From an uncultured delta proteobacterium (lineage in GTDB: Bacteria > Myxococcota_A > Polyangia > Polyangiales > Polyangiaceae), in contig CAWKKR010000004.1 in the NCBI GenBank assembly GCA_963850305.1, forward strand, positions 128,001 to 192,000: DNA of 64,000 nucleotides, given 5' to 3'. This document shows positions 9,856-19,537 of this stretch, one piece after another. The position numbers and the translations under genes were made by a program. Each line of letters begins with the position of its first letter. The first letter of the stretch is position 1. The notes under the pieces are model-generated. The model was not told the origin of the DNA, searched no databases, and saw only the letters and a list, made by a program, of their open reading frames with translations.

Positions 9856-12315
9856 ATGTGGAACATCTTCCCTCGTCGGTTCAATCGACTGACTTTCGCG
9901 TTCGGCGTTACCTGCGTGGCGCTGCTCGTCGCATGTTCGTCGGACCTGAAGACACCGACGGCCGTGATCGCGCAGCTCGGCGTCGACGGGGGCGCGGCAC
10001 AATATGCGGTGGGTACGCAGGTCACCCTCGACGGCAGCGGTTCGACGGATCCGAACGGCGAACCCCTTGCCTTCCGCTGGCGCGTAGCAGTGACGCCCGC
10101 GGGAAGTCACGCCGCGATCGCGGACATCGGCGCGACCACGACGTGGCTCCAGCCGGACATCGCCGGTAGTTACACGGTGGAACTCGTCGTGTCGGACGGC
10201 GCGCTGACGAGCGCTCCGGCGATCGCGACTTTCGTGGCCGGTCCCTGCGGATCTGCCACGCCGAAGATCACCAGTCTCACGACGACTCCGACCCTGCCGA
10301 ACGCGGGCGAGGCCGTCCTCCTTCAGGCCAGCACCTCGGACACAATCGGGGACACGACCTGTCCGCCGGTCGCGCTGTCGTATGCGTGGTCCATTGCTGC
10401 AGTCCCAGCCGGGAGCCATGCATCGCTCAACGACACGACGCTGGAGAGCCCGTCGCTGTTCACGGATGTCCCTGGTTCATATGGGGTCCAGCTGGTGGTC
10501 AGCGACGCTGCCGGCCACGCGAGCGTGCCCGGCACCGTGACAATCGTCGCGACGGGTTGCCCGACCACGACGCCCGAGGTGCTCTCCGTTTCCGCCTCGT
10601 CGACAGCGCCGGATAGCGGCGAGCGGGTCACGCTGAACGCCGTCGTCCAACCGCTCGGTGTCGCACCTTCGTCCGAGATCGACGGCGGGGCCGCGCCCCA
10701 GGGCGAATCGGATGCGTCGACGACCCCGGCCTGCGACGACTCCGCGTTTTACGTTTATCACTGGGTGCTCGAGTCAGTGCCCCCGGGCAGCGCCGCGGCA
10801 ATCGCCGACAGCGCGCTCGAAGATCCATCGTTCGTCACCGATGTGCCCGGAACTTACGTGGCGGAGCTGTTCGTCACGAACCTGGCAGGCCGCGTGAGCA
10901 ACGCCAGACGGATCACGATCGTCGCTGGCGCGTGCGGTACCCACGCCCCGGTGGTTTCGAACGTCGTGGCCACGTCATCCTCGCCCACGATAGGCGAGGC
11001 CGTGGGGCTCTCCGTGAGCGCGACCGACGTCGATACGCAGGCACCGTGCTCGGAGCCAGCCGATTTCCGGTATTTCTGGACATTGACGGCGCTTCCCGCC
11101 GGCAGCGTTGCACGGCTGAACGACGCGACACTCGCTGCCCCCTCCTTCACGCCGGACGTGGCGGGCACCTATGGCGTCTCGGTCGTCGCGGTCGATCCGG
11201 AGGGCCACGAGAGTGCGCCCGCCACCACGACGCTCGTCGCGCGCGCGGCGAGCACCAGCTCGTGCGGCACCAGCCCCCCCGTCGTGACCGGCCTCTCGGC
11301 ATCTCCGATGGCGCCGGATACCGGAGGCGTCGTGACCCTCGCGGCGACGATCAGCGACGCCGACACCGCCGCCCCCTGTTCGCTCACCGAGAGCTTCACG
11401 CTGGCCTGGTCCCTCGCCTCCGTACCCGCCGGGAGCACCGCCGCGCTGAGCGGAACGTCTCAGACGACGCCGTGGTTCAAGGCCGACGTGCCCGGCACTT
11501 ACGTCGTCCGGGTGCTGGCGACGGACTCGCACGGCCTATCGAGCGCGCCGAAGTCCGTTACGGTGACCGCGACTCCCTGCGGCGATGCCGCCCCGAGCGT
11601 GACGTCGATTATTGCATCGCCTGCGTCGACGACGGTCGGCTCGGGCGTCTCGGTCAGCGCGCAGCTCGCTGACTCGGACACGGGCGGAACGTGCAAGCTC
11701 GCGGAGACGTTCACGTATGCGTGGGCCCTGACCTCCGTGCCGCCCGGCAGCACCGTGACGCTCACGAGCTCGAACACGCCGCTGACCGCATTCGTCCCGG
11801 ACGAGCCTGGAACCTACGTCGTGAGCCTCGTCGCCACCGACTCCGAAGGGCACTCGAGCGCGGCCGCAACGCAATCCATCACGGCGACGAAGCCTTCGAC
11901 CTGCGGGCAAGCCGTGCCGCTCGCGCGGCTCGCGGGATTCACGGTCGGCGCGTGCTCGGCGACCAGCTGCACGACGGCGACAATCTCGCCCGCCGTCACG
12001 AGCGCTCCGAACGCGACACCGCCCGGCTACTCGATAGCTCTCGGAGGCCACGCATCGGTACGACTCGACGGCTCCGCGAGCTTGGATCCGGACAATGCGG
12101 CCCCGTGCAACGCAGGTCAGACGCTCACCTACGCCTGGGCCATTCTGGCCGCACCCGTCGGCTCGTCCGCGCACTGGGATATCGGCGCGGGCCCCACGAC
12201 CACGCTCGTCGCCCCCACGTTCGTCGCCGATGTCCCCGGCACGTATCAAGTCGCGCTGACCGTCTCGGACGGCACTCACGCGAGCTCGCCGCTCGTCGTT
12301 CAACTAGCGCTTTGA
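9856..12315 (+). CDS. Lipoprotein with seven tandem PKD/Ig-like domains
   Basis: Lipobox LLVAC. Repeated W-x(4)-P(A/P)GS...D(V/I/E)(P/A)G(T/S)Y...(S/T)D motif; VTLDGSGSTDP. Confidence 0.88.
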   Translation: MWNIFPRRFNRLTFAFGVTCVALLVACSSDLKTPTAVIAQLGVDGGAAQYAVGTQVTLDGSGSTDPNGEPLAFRWRVAVTPAGSHAAIADIGATTTWLQPDIAGSYTVELVVSDGALTSAPAIATFVAGPCGSATPKITSLTTTPTLPNAGEAVLLQASTSDTIGDTTCPPVALSYAWSIAAVPAGSHASLNDTTLESPSLFTDVPGSYGVQLVVSDAAGHASVPGTVTIVATGCPTTTPEVLSVSASSTAPDSGERVTLNAVVQPLGVAPSSEIDGGAAPQGESDASTTPACDDSAFYVYHWVLESVPPGSAAAIADSALEDPSFVTDVPGTYVAELFVTNLAGRVSNARRITIVAGACGTHAPVVSNVVATSSSPTIGEAVGLSVSATDVDTQAPCSEPADFRYFWTLTALPAGSVARLNDATLAAPSFTPDVAGTYGVSVVAVDPEGHESAPATTTLVARAASTSSCGTSPPVVTGLSASPMAPDTGGVVTLAATISDADTAAPCSLTESFTLAWSLASVPAGSTAALSGTSQTTPWFKADVPGTYVVRVLATDSHGLSSAPKSVTVTATPCGDAAPSVTSIIASPASTTVGSGVSVSAQLADSDTGGTCKLAETFTYAWALTSVPPGSTVTLTSSNTPLTAFVPDEPGTYVVSLVATDSEGHSSAAATQSITATKPSTCGQAVPLARLAGFTVGACSATSCTTATISPAVTSAPNATPPGYSIALGGHASVRLDGSASLDPDNAAPCNAGQTLTYAWAILAAPVGSSAHWDIGAGPTTTLVAPTFVADVPGTYQVALTVSDGTHASSPLVVQLAL

Positions 12316-12401
12316 TTCGGAGCAATCACGGGAAGTCGAGGCGCCCGTTTGGGGTCCAGAACCCTTCCCGCGCTTACCGCTTCGGAGCGAGCAGTCCTGG
12401 G

Positions 12402-14207
12402 TCATTGCAAGCTGGCAGGGCCGTAGTCGACGAACCCGGGCGTTCCGACCTCCGGCATGCCGAAGGCCTGCTGGAACTTGACGATAACGCTGGTCTCGGC
12501 CGCAGGATCGTGGCGATCGAGCGGGACGCCCACGTCGACACGGAAGACCTCTCGTTCGAAGAATGGGAATGCGAGCCGGAGACCGCCGCCGACTCCTTGC
12601 CGTAGCTTCATCGTCGAGAAGTTCTGGAACGCATCGCCCACGTCGTAGAAGGCGACCAGGCCCGCCTGCACGGAAAAGATCTCGATGGGCCGCGACCGAA
12701 CTTCCACGTTCGACACGAGGAGTTCCGGACCGACGAAGGCCTGCGATCGGTATCCGCGGAGCCGTGTGGTGCCGCCCAGAGTCTGAAGCGGGTTCAGATA
12801 GTTGTCGTACCGGTCGAGCACCGAGCCGTCGTAGACGATGCGCCCGAACGGAAGGCGGGGCGTGACGATGCGCACGCCCGCTTCCGCAGAACCGTCGGAT
12901 TCCTCGGGTGCCGAGAGCTGGATGCTCGACAGACCATAGACACGCGCGAGCCCGTCCGAGAACCCGACGGTGTAGCTCGCCTCCGCGGCGAGGCCCAAGA
13001 GGTTCCGTGTAGAGCCGAGCGCGCGCATCGCCGGGTACGCGCGGAGATAGACCTCGTGCCCCAGCTGGTAATCCTCCTGGAGGCCGAGCGTCTCCAAGTC
13101 GAGCACGCGCAGGAACCGCTTCCGATAAGCATGGAGCTGGACGAAGGGACTCAGCCGCGTATCGCTCACGGGTAGCAATCTCTGAAAGTCTTCCTGGACG
13201 ATCGCTGGCTCACGCGACAGATCCGGCGGCCGATACACGAAGCGATCCGCCTCGAGCCCGAACGAGACGTCGTTCTTGTTCGCGTCGCCGAACGAGCGCA
13301 CGGCAGAGAACTCGCCCTGGATCACGTCCTGGTGAAATTCGTACGGAACGTTGTCGGGAGTCGGCGTCGACGTGAAGTCGATACCCACGGCGCGATCGCC
13401 GGAGCAAATCGACTGCCCCACGGTGCCCGCGGGTCGCACGATGCCTTCGTTCCATCCGACCTTCGCGGCCCAGCCCCACTCCGTGAACGTGGAATAGAGT
13501 GGCTTGCCGTAAGAAAATTCGCCGTTCGAGCCTTCGACCGCGTTGGTCGTGCAGTCGAACACGACGTTCGCGTTCGCGGCCGCTTGCAAGCGGCTTCCGG
13601 CAACGCGGGGGTCGACGAAGCCGAGCCCGAGCGTGTACGTCGGCCGATCGAGGAAGATGTTCGCGTAGACCGTCTTGTGGAGACCCAGAAAATTCTCTTC
13701 CGATGGCTGCAGATAGAGGGATTGAAGCTTGTCGTTCACGAGCGCAAGGTCCCAGTTGAGGCGAAGGCTCCACACGTCCTTCGTGACGACCAGGAGCCGT
13801 ACACGGTCGCTCGAGCTGCCTTTGAGAGGAACGATGAGCACGGCCGAGAGCTGCGGCACGCGGAGGTTTCGTTCGCTCTCATGCACACGCCCGACGTCGT
13901 AACGGTCCCCGACCTTGAGCAGGAGCTCCCGCTCGATGACCTTCTTGCGCGATGTCGCGTGGAACCAGTTGAGAAATCGTGGAATGACGTCACGGGGCTC
14001 GAAGACCTCGAGCGCCACGATCTCCACGGACTCGATCCGCTTCCTGCCCGGCGCGGGATCGATCTCGCCGCCCACCTCGGTCACTCCGATGCGGATGCTC
14101 TCCTTTTCGTAATCCGAGAAGGGTTCCGCGGATGCGGTCGCCGCCACGCCGAGAAGGGCGAGCAGGCAGCCCAGATGGAGCCTTGCCCGAACGCCTCGCG
14201 ACCACAT
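12402..14207 (-). CDS. Omp85 (BamA/TamA) family outer-membrane protein, single POTRA
   Basis: Signal peptide, VIERELLLKVGD...ESERNLR POTRA, EENFLGLH, LRGY loop-6 motif, FYDVGDAF, GGGLR, RVDVGVP. Confidence 0.85.
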   Translation of the reverse strand: MWSRGVRARLHLGCLLALLGVAATASAEPFSDYEKESIRIGVTEVGGEIDPAPGRKRIESVEIVALEVFEPRDVIPRFLNWFHATSRKKVIERELLLKVGDRYDVGRVHESERNLRVPQLSAVLIVPLKGSSSDRVRLLVVTKDVWSLRLNWDLALVNDKLQSLYLQPSEENFLGLHKTVYANIFLDRPTYTLGLGFVDPRVAGSRLQAAANANVVFDCTTNAVEGSNGEFSYGKPLYSTFTEWGWAAKVGWNEGIVRPAGTVGQSICSGDRAVGIDFTSTPTPDNVPYEFHQDVIQGEFSAVRSFGDANKNDVSFGLEADRFVYRPPDLSREPAIVQEDFQRLLPVSDTRLSPFVQLHAYRKRFLRVLDLETLGLQEDYQLGHEVYLRAYPAMRALGSTRNLLGLAAEASYTVGFSDGLARVYGLSSIQLSAPEESDGSAEAGVRIVTPRLPFGRIVYDGSVLDRYDNYLNPLQTLGGTTRLRGYRSQAFVGPELLVSNVEVRSRPIEIFSVQAGLVAFYDVGDAFQNFSTMKLRQGVGGGLRLAFPFFEREVFRVDVGVPLDRHDPAAETSVIVKFQQAFGMPEVGTPGFVDYGPASLQ

Positions 14208-14261
14208 GGGCCTGTTCGTAGCTGATCCGGTTGGGGCCTCAAATCAGGTAATGTCCGCCGC

Positions 14262-15404
14262 ATGTGGAGCTCGCTAGCCAGACCGTTCAAGACGGCTCTC
14301 GCGGTCGTCGGAGTATTGACAGTCGCCCTGAACTGCAACTCGCGCGCGCAATCGGGGGCCATGGCGACGCCCTCCGCCGAGCCGCCCGCGCCGACGGCTT
14401 CGACGGCCATCCCCCCGCTCTCTCCGGACTCCCGCACCGAGGACGAGCGAAATACGATCGCCGTGTTCCGCGCGGTCGCGAGATCCACGGTGTTCGTCAC
14501 GGAACGCCAGCTCGTGATAGACTATTTTCGGGGGCAGGCGGAAGAGGTCCCGGCCGGCGCGGGCAGCGGCTTCATCTGGGACATGGCCGGGCATGTCATC
14601 ACGAACTTCCACGTCGTGAAGGACGCGCGCTCGCTGGTCGTCACGCTCCAGGATCACAAGAGCTACGAAGCGACCATCGTCGGGGTCGAGCCGCGGAAGG
14701 ACATCGCGGTGCTCCAGATCAAGGCGCCGAACCAGGAGCTCACGCCGATCCGCGTGGCCGACAAGATCCCGCGCCTCGAGGTGGGACAAAAGGCGATCGC
14801 CATCGGCAATCCGTTCGGGCTCGATCAGACACTGACCACCGGCGTCATCAGCGCGATCGGGCGCGAGGTTCAAGGCATCGGCGGCGTATCGATTCGCGAC
14901 ATGGTCCAGACCGACGCGGCCATCAACCCCGGCAACTCAGGGGGGCCGCTGCTCGACTCTTCGGGTCGTCTCATCGGCATGAACACGATGATCTACAGCC
15001 GGAGCGGCACGTCCGCCGGCATCGGTTTCGCGGTACCCGTCACGAGCATCGCCCGCGTCGTGCCGCAGATCATCAAGACGGGCCACGCTGAACAGGTCGG
15101 GCTCGGGATCCAGATCGATCCGGCGCAGCGGCTCGAGCAGCGCGCGAACATCGAGGGCGTCGTGGTCCTGCGCGTCGTCGCCGGCTCACCCGCCGAAAAG
15201 GCAGGGATCCGGGGCATCGAGCAAGATCTCTCGGGTATCACCCTCGGAGACGTGCTGGTTGCGATCGGCAAGGACCGCATCAAAAACTACGATGACCTCT
15301 ACAACACGCTCGACCGCCACCACGCCGGCGAGCACGTCGAGGTGACACTGCTCCGCGACGGCAAACCCCTCAAGATGACGCTGGAACTGGTATCGCTGCC
15401 ATGA
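14262..15404 (+). CDS. HtrA/DegP-family trypsin-like serine protease with one PDZ domain
   Basis: TNFHVV (His), DIAVL (Asp), INPGNSGGPL (Ser), C-terminal PDZ. Confidence 0.95.
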   Translation: MWSSLARPFKTALAVVGVLTVALNCNSRAQSGAMATPSAEPPAPTASTAIPPLSPDSRTEDERNTIAVFRAVARSTVFVTERQLVIDYFRGQAEEVPAGAGSGFIWDMAGHVITNFHVVKDARSLVVTLQDHKSYEATIVGVEPRKDIAVLQIKAPNQELTPIRVADKIPRLEVGQKAIAIGNPFGLDQTLTTGVISAIGREVQGIGGVSIRDMVQTDAAINPGNSGGPLLDSSGRLIGMNTMIYSRSGTSAGIGFAVPVTSIARVVPQIIKTGHAEQVGLGIQIDPAQRLEQRANIEGVVVLRVVAGSPAEKAGIRGIEQDLSGITLGDVLVAIGKDRIKNYDDLYNTLDRHHAGEHVEVTLLRDGKPLKMTLELVSLP

Positions 15405-15793
15405 CGACCCCATCGCTCAAGCCGGCCCGGCGCGCAGCCATCGGGGTGCTCGCGACGATTCATATTCTCGGTATCCTTGGCTCGCCCTTCGCGGCCCATC
15501 TTCACCTGTGGCAGGCGGGCGCGACCCCGCATCAAAACTTCCACGTCATCTGGGAGGCGTGCAAGTACGCGACGGCATCCTTCTTCGCGCTTGCGATCGT
15601 GCTCGGGCCGCTCGCGAAGGGAGAACGCTGGGCATTCTCGGTCATCGGGATCGGCACCATCGTCATGTTCGGCGGCGTGTTCTTCGCGAACGCCATCACC
15701 CACGGCGGCCCGCTCATCGATTTCTGGTCTTACGGCTCGTTCCTCGTCCTGTCGGTGCTCGCGCTCGGTGTGCTGGCCCGCGTGCCCGCCTGA
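15401..15793 (+). CDS. Small 4-TM membrane protein
   Basis: Four hydrophobic segments; ATGA overlap with the protease stop. Confidence 0.7.
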   Translation: MTTPSLKPARRAAIGVLATIHILGILGSPFAAHLHLWQAGATPHQNFHVIWEACKYATASFFALAIVLGPLAKGERWAFSVIGIGTIVMFGGVFFANAITHGGPLIDFWSYGSFLVLSVLALGVLARVPA

Positions 15794-15831
15794 CGCGACG
15801 GGCGATTGAATGCCGGTCGCGAAGGTGCGAG

Positions 15832-16125
15832 CTACCTGTCCTTGTGCCGCTCCGCGCGGAGCTGAGCCCAGCGGGCCTTGAGCTCCTCTTCGCTGAGGAC
15901 GCCGTCGTTGTTGGTGTCCCCGGGCGCGAGACGCTCCCTCAGGCGATCGGGTAGCTCCGCCAGCTGAAGCTTTCCGTCGCCGTTCTTGTCGAAGTGTTTG
16001 ATGAACGCCGCGGGATCGCGGTGAGGATGGTGCTCCTCGCCGTCGTCCGCGAGGGCGGACCGGGACGACAGCGGGAAGACACAGAGGCTGGCAAGAACGA
16101 CCCATCGAGAACAGGAAACTCTCAT
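15832..16125 (-). CDS. Secreted EF-hand protein
   Basis: Signal peptide; EF loops DKNGDGKLQLAE and DTNNDGVLSEEE. Confidence 0.85.
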   Translation of the reverse strand: MRVSCSRWVVLASLCVFPLSSRSALADDGEEHHPHRDPAAFIKHFDKNGDGKLQLAELPDRLRERLAPGDTNNDGVLSEEELKARWAQLRAERHKDR

Positions 16126-16296
16126 GTCCGTCAAGCTAGTCGGACCGCGCGGCGCGCGCCCGGCGGCGCCGACGAGCCGTGGCCCGTTCCGAGGATCACG
16201 CGGAATTCAGGCACTCCCCGGAGCGTGCCCCGCTGGTTTGGTGTACGAGCCGCGATTCGCCGGGCGCTCGTGCTGGCTTCCGCCTACGCGAGGAGG

Positions 16297-17154
16297 TCAC
16301 ACGGAACGCCTCAGGTGAACGAGGGCCCACCCCGCCTCGACCTTCCTCGAGCTCTTCGTGAGCCCGAGCGCAACATATCGAGCTTCGAGCTCGGTCGCGT
16401 GCTCGCGGAGAAACCCGGCGAGGAAGAGCGAGCCGCCCGGAGCGACCGCGCGCGCGACCGGCACGGCGAGGGCGAGGAGCGTGTTCAGATCGACGTTCGC
16501 CACTACCACCTCGAACCGGGCGCGCAGGCGCGCGATGGGTGTAGCCGAGAAGGTGCACGCCGTGGCGGAATTCAATGTCGCATTCGCACGAGCTGCGGCG
16601 ACGGCCCGCGAATCGAAGTCGATGCCGACGACGCGCGTCGCGCCGGAAGACGCCGCAACCAGGGCGAGCACGCCGCTGCCCGTCCCGACATCGAGCACCG
16701 AACGTGCGCCGACACGGCAAGCCCTGTCGACAGCGCGCGCGGCCAGACGAGTGGTCGCATGCTCACCGAACCCGAACGCGGGTGCGGGGCCCAATCGCAC
16801 GATGCGCCCCGCCGTCGGACTCTCCGCTGCCGTCGTAGGCAGCAGCGTGAGCGAGCGAGAGATCCGGACGGGCTCCAGATCGCGCATGAAGCTCGTTTCC
16901 CAATCCGCGTTCACCTCGGCGAAGCACACCGAGATCTCGTTCGGGATGCCGCGCTGTCGAAGGAGAAGTCGAGCCGCTTTTGCCTGAGCGTCGAGTGCGG
17001 GGCGACCTTCTCCATAAACGCGAAGGATCGCGCGGCCATCGCGACTCGTGATCTCCACACCTCCCGCCCCCTGTTCGATGAGGGAGGCCGCCACCGCCTC
17101 GGCGAATCGCGACGGCAGAGAAACCCGGAGCTCATGAAGGGATCTCGCTTGCAT
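16297..17154 (-). CDS. prmA: Ribosomal protein L11 methyltransferase-like
   Basis: AFGFGEHATT, VLDVGTGSGVLA, VVVAN, GW near the C-terminus. Confidence 0.85.
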   Translation of the reverse strand: MQARSLHELRVSLPSRFAEAVAASLIEQGAGGVEITSRDGRAILRVYGEGRPALDAQAKAARLLLRQRGIPNEISVCFAEVNADWETSFMRDLEPVRISRSLTLLPTTAAESPTAGRIVRLGPAPAFGFGEHATTRLAARAVDRACRVGARSVLDVGTGSGVLALVAASSGATRVVGIDFDSRAVAAARANATLNSATACTFSATPIARLRARFEVVVANVDLNTLLALAVPVARAVAPGGSLFLAGFLREHATELEARYVALGLTKSSRKVEAGWALVHLRRSV

Positions 17155-17314
17155 GGAGTTTCCTGCGGGAAAAATATGCTCGTTCGCCTTTCATCGCCTC
17201 CGCGGAGCAAAATCTCAAGCTCGGCCCGCGCCATTCATCCGGTGCCAAGCCCCGTCCAAGCTGGGCCTGCCGCTTTGGCCTCGCACCGGCGGATTTCCAG
17301 GCTGGGCTTGCTCT

Positions 17315-17944
17315 TTAGCGGATCAGGAAGCCAACGGCCAACGCGGCCCCGGCCATGGCAAGGACCACGGTCATGCCGAGGAGAAGCAGCTTGAACGCCT
17401 GCCCGGTCGTCATCCGGTGGGCTTCTCTGAGACCGATGAAGAGGAGGACGAAGCTCCACACGGAGGACGCGATCAAGGCCACGGCGAACCAACCGACTGC
17501 AGCGCCCTGACCGGGGGACAGATGTGCATGCGCAGGTGTGAAGAGCTTTTCCCCGCAGAGGGCAATCATCGCGACCCACAGGGGGAACGTGCACGCGGTC
17601 GGCAATTGAGACCACGAGATCGCAATTCTGACGTCGCGATTGGAACCCGTTCCGCCGAGCTTGCGACCGATCAAGCCGTAGACGACGGCGAATACGTAGA
17701 CGAAAATCACACTGCCGAACGCCCCGAGCGCTCCGCCCCCGACGACGAGCGCCCGGAGCGAGAGTCCGGGCGGCAGCGGCACGTCCGGCATGCGCGCCCA
17801 CGACGCGGAAAGGCCCGCGAGCACGACGATCGGAAGCCAGTCACTCTCCTCGCGGTCGTCGATGATCTCGCGGATCGTTGGCCGCGGCGCCGTGAGCATG
17901 CGGACCACGCGTCCGCGTCTATTCTCCTGACTCCGCATCGTCAT
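17315..17944 (-). CDS. Yip1 family membrane protein
   Basis: About five TM segments; IGRKLGGTGS...VRIAISWS and LREAH pattern. Start uncertain. Confidence 0.75.
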   Translation of the reverse strand: MTMRSQENRRGRVVRMLTAPRPTIREIIDDREESDWLPIVVLAGLSASWARMPDVPLPPGLSLRALVVGGGALGAFGSVIFVYVFAVVYGLIGRKLGGTGSNRDVRIAISWSQLPTACTFPLWVAMIALCGEKLFTPAHAHLSPGQGAAVGWFAVALIASSVWSFVLLFIGLREAHRMTTGQAFKLLLLGMTVVLAMAGAALAVGFLIR

Positions 17945-17970
17945 CGGGATACTTGTGGGTCGCCTCGGGC

Positions 17971-18411
17971 TCAAGCGGGGTTCGAAGGAGCCTGCGTGAG
18001 CAGCATTCCGGCGATCTCCTCCGGGATTCGGCGCGGCCGATGCGCTTCGTTCACGCACGCGAGCAGCGTGTACCCGGAGACCAGCAACTCCGCGCCGCGG
18101 AGCACGCGATAGTCGAACCGGATGGTCACGCGCGTCAGCGCGCCGACGCGGGTCTCCACCGCCAGCACGTCGTCGAACCGGGCGGCACGCTTGTATTCGA
18201 GCTTGGCCTCGACCACCGGCATGTGGACCCCGCGCTCCGTGAGGGCGCGATAGTCCATGCCGCGGGCGCGGAGATACTCCACGCGCCCGGCTTCCATGTA
18301 CGTCAGGTACGCAGCGTGGTGGACGATGCCCATCAGATCCGTCTCGAAGAAACGGACGCGCAGGGATGTCAGGTTCACCGCGTGTTCGGGGATCGAGATT
18401 GCAGGGGGCAT
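17971..18411 (-). CDS. Acyl-CoA thioesterase, YbgC/4HBT family
   Basis: VRFFETDLMGIVHHAAYLTYME hot-dog motif. Confidence 0.9.
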   Translation of the reverse strand: MPPAISIPEHAVNLTSLRVRFFETDLMGIVHHAAYLTYMEAGRVEYLRARGMDYRALTERGVHMPVVEAKLEYKRAARFDDVLAVETRVGALTRVTIRFDYRVLRGAELLVSGYTLLACVNEAHRPRRIPEEIAGMLLTQAPSNPA

Positions 18412-18417
18412 ACGCGG

Positions 18418-19330
18418 CTACGGCCTCTGGCGCTTCTCTTCGAGTTCCTCGAGTTCTTCGATGCTCTTCGGCCAGTCGCCCCGCAGAAGACGGGAGAGGC
18501 CCCGGTCCGCAAGGACTTTGCCGTCAGTCTGGCACCGCGGACAATAGTTCACCTCGTTCGTCGCGTGACGGATACGCTGGATCTTCGTGCCGCAGACGGG
18601 GCACGGGATCCCGTACTTGCCGTGAACGGCCATTTCCGGTCGAAACGCCGTCACCTTCTCCGGAAAGCCGTCTCCCGCGTCGCGGCGAAGCCGATCCGTC
18701 CATTCGACGAGCGTCGAACGCATCGCGTCGCGGAGCGTCGCGACGTCCTCGTCCGTCAGGCGCGAGGTGAGCTTGACCGGCGAGAGCCGCGCGCGAAACA
18801 GGATCTCGTCCGAGTAGGCGTTGCCGATGCCGCTGAACAGCCTCGGATCGGTCAGCGAGCGCTTCAGCGTATGATTTTCCGCGCGGAGCGCGCGCGTCAC
18901 GTCCTCGACCGTCGCCTCGAGCGGCTCGATACCGCCTCGCGCGAACGGCGCGAGCGCCGCTTTGCCGCGCACGACGTGGAGACTCGCGCGCTTCTTGGTC
19001 CCGGCCTCCGTGAACAAGAGCACGCCTTGCTCGAAGTCGAACGCGGCGAGGCCGAGACGCTTCGGGATCGGGGCGCCCTTTTCCCGGGCAACGAGTCGGC
19101 CCGCGACCATCAGGTGGATCACCGGAAATAGAATCGTCCTCGAAGGAGAGCACCAGGCGCTTGCCGATCCGGAGCGTCGCAACGAGCTTCCGCCCTTCCA
19201 GGGCCGAGATCGACGGCTCGAACGACCGCACGACGAAGATGCTCGCCACCCGGACGTGCTCGAGGCGCTGGCCAGCGAACAGCGCACCTATCCGCTCCAG
19301 GTAGACAGCAACGTCAGGGAGCTCCGGCAT
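18418..19330 (-). CDS. Fpg/Nei family DNA glycosylase (one frameshift near 19132, probably a read error)
   Basis: N-terminal MPELPD at 19330, H2TH motif SGIGNAYSDE, zinc finger CPVC...YCPRCQ. Confidence 0.9.
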
Positions 19331-19537
19331 CGAGGGCCGAGCCGACTCCGTGAAACATCCGTGAAGGCTCCGGCACTTCCGACTGTCGCAGAAGGCAACG
19401 GTGCCGACAAAGCGCAAAGATCCGGACGCTGTACTCCGTGAGCGCACCCGAAAAGCTTCGCCGGGTGAACTCCGCGGGTATTTCCGCCTGAAAGAGCGGC
19501 TTCCCTGCGCGGAAGACGTCGGTGCTAGAAAGCGCGC

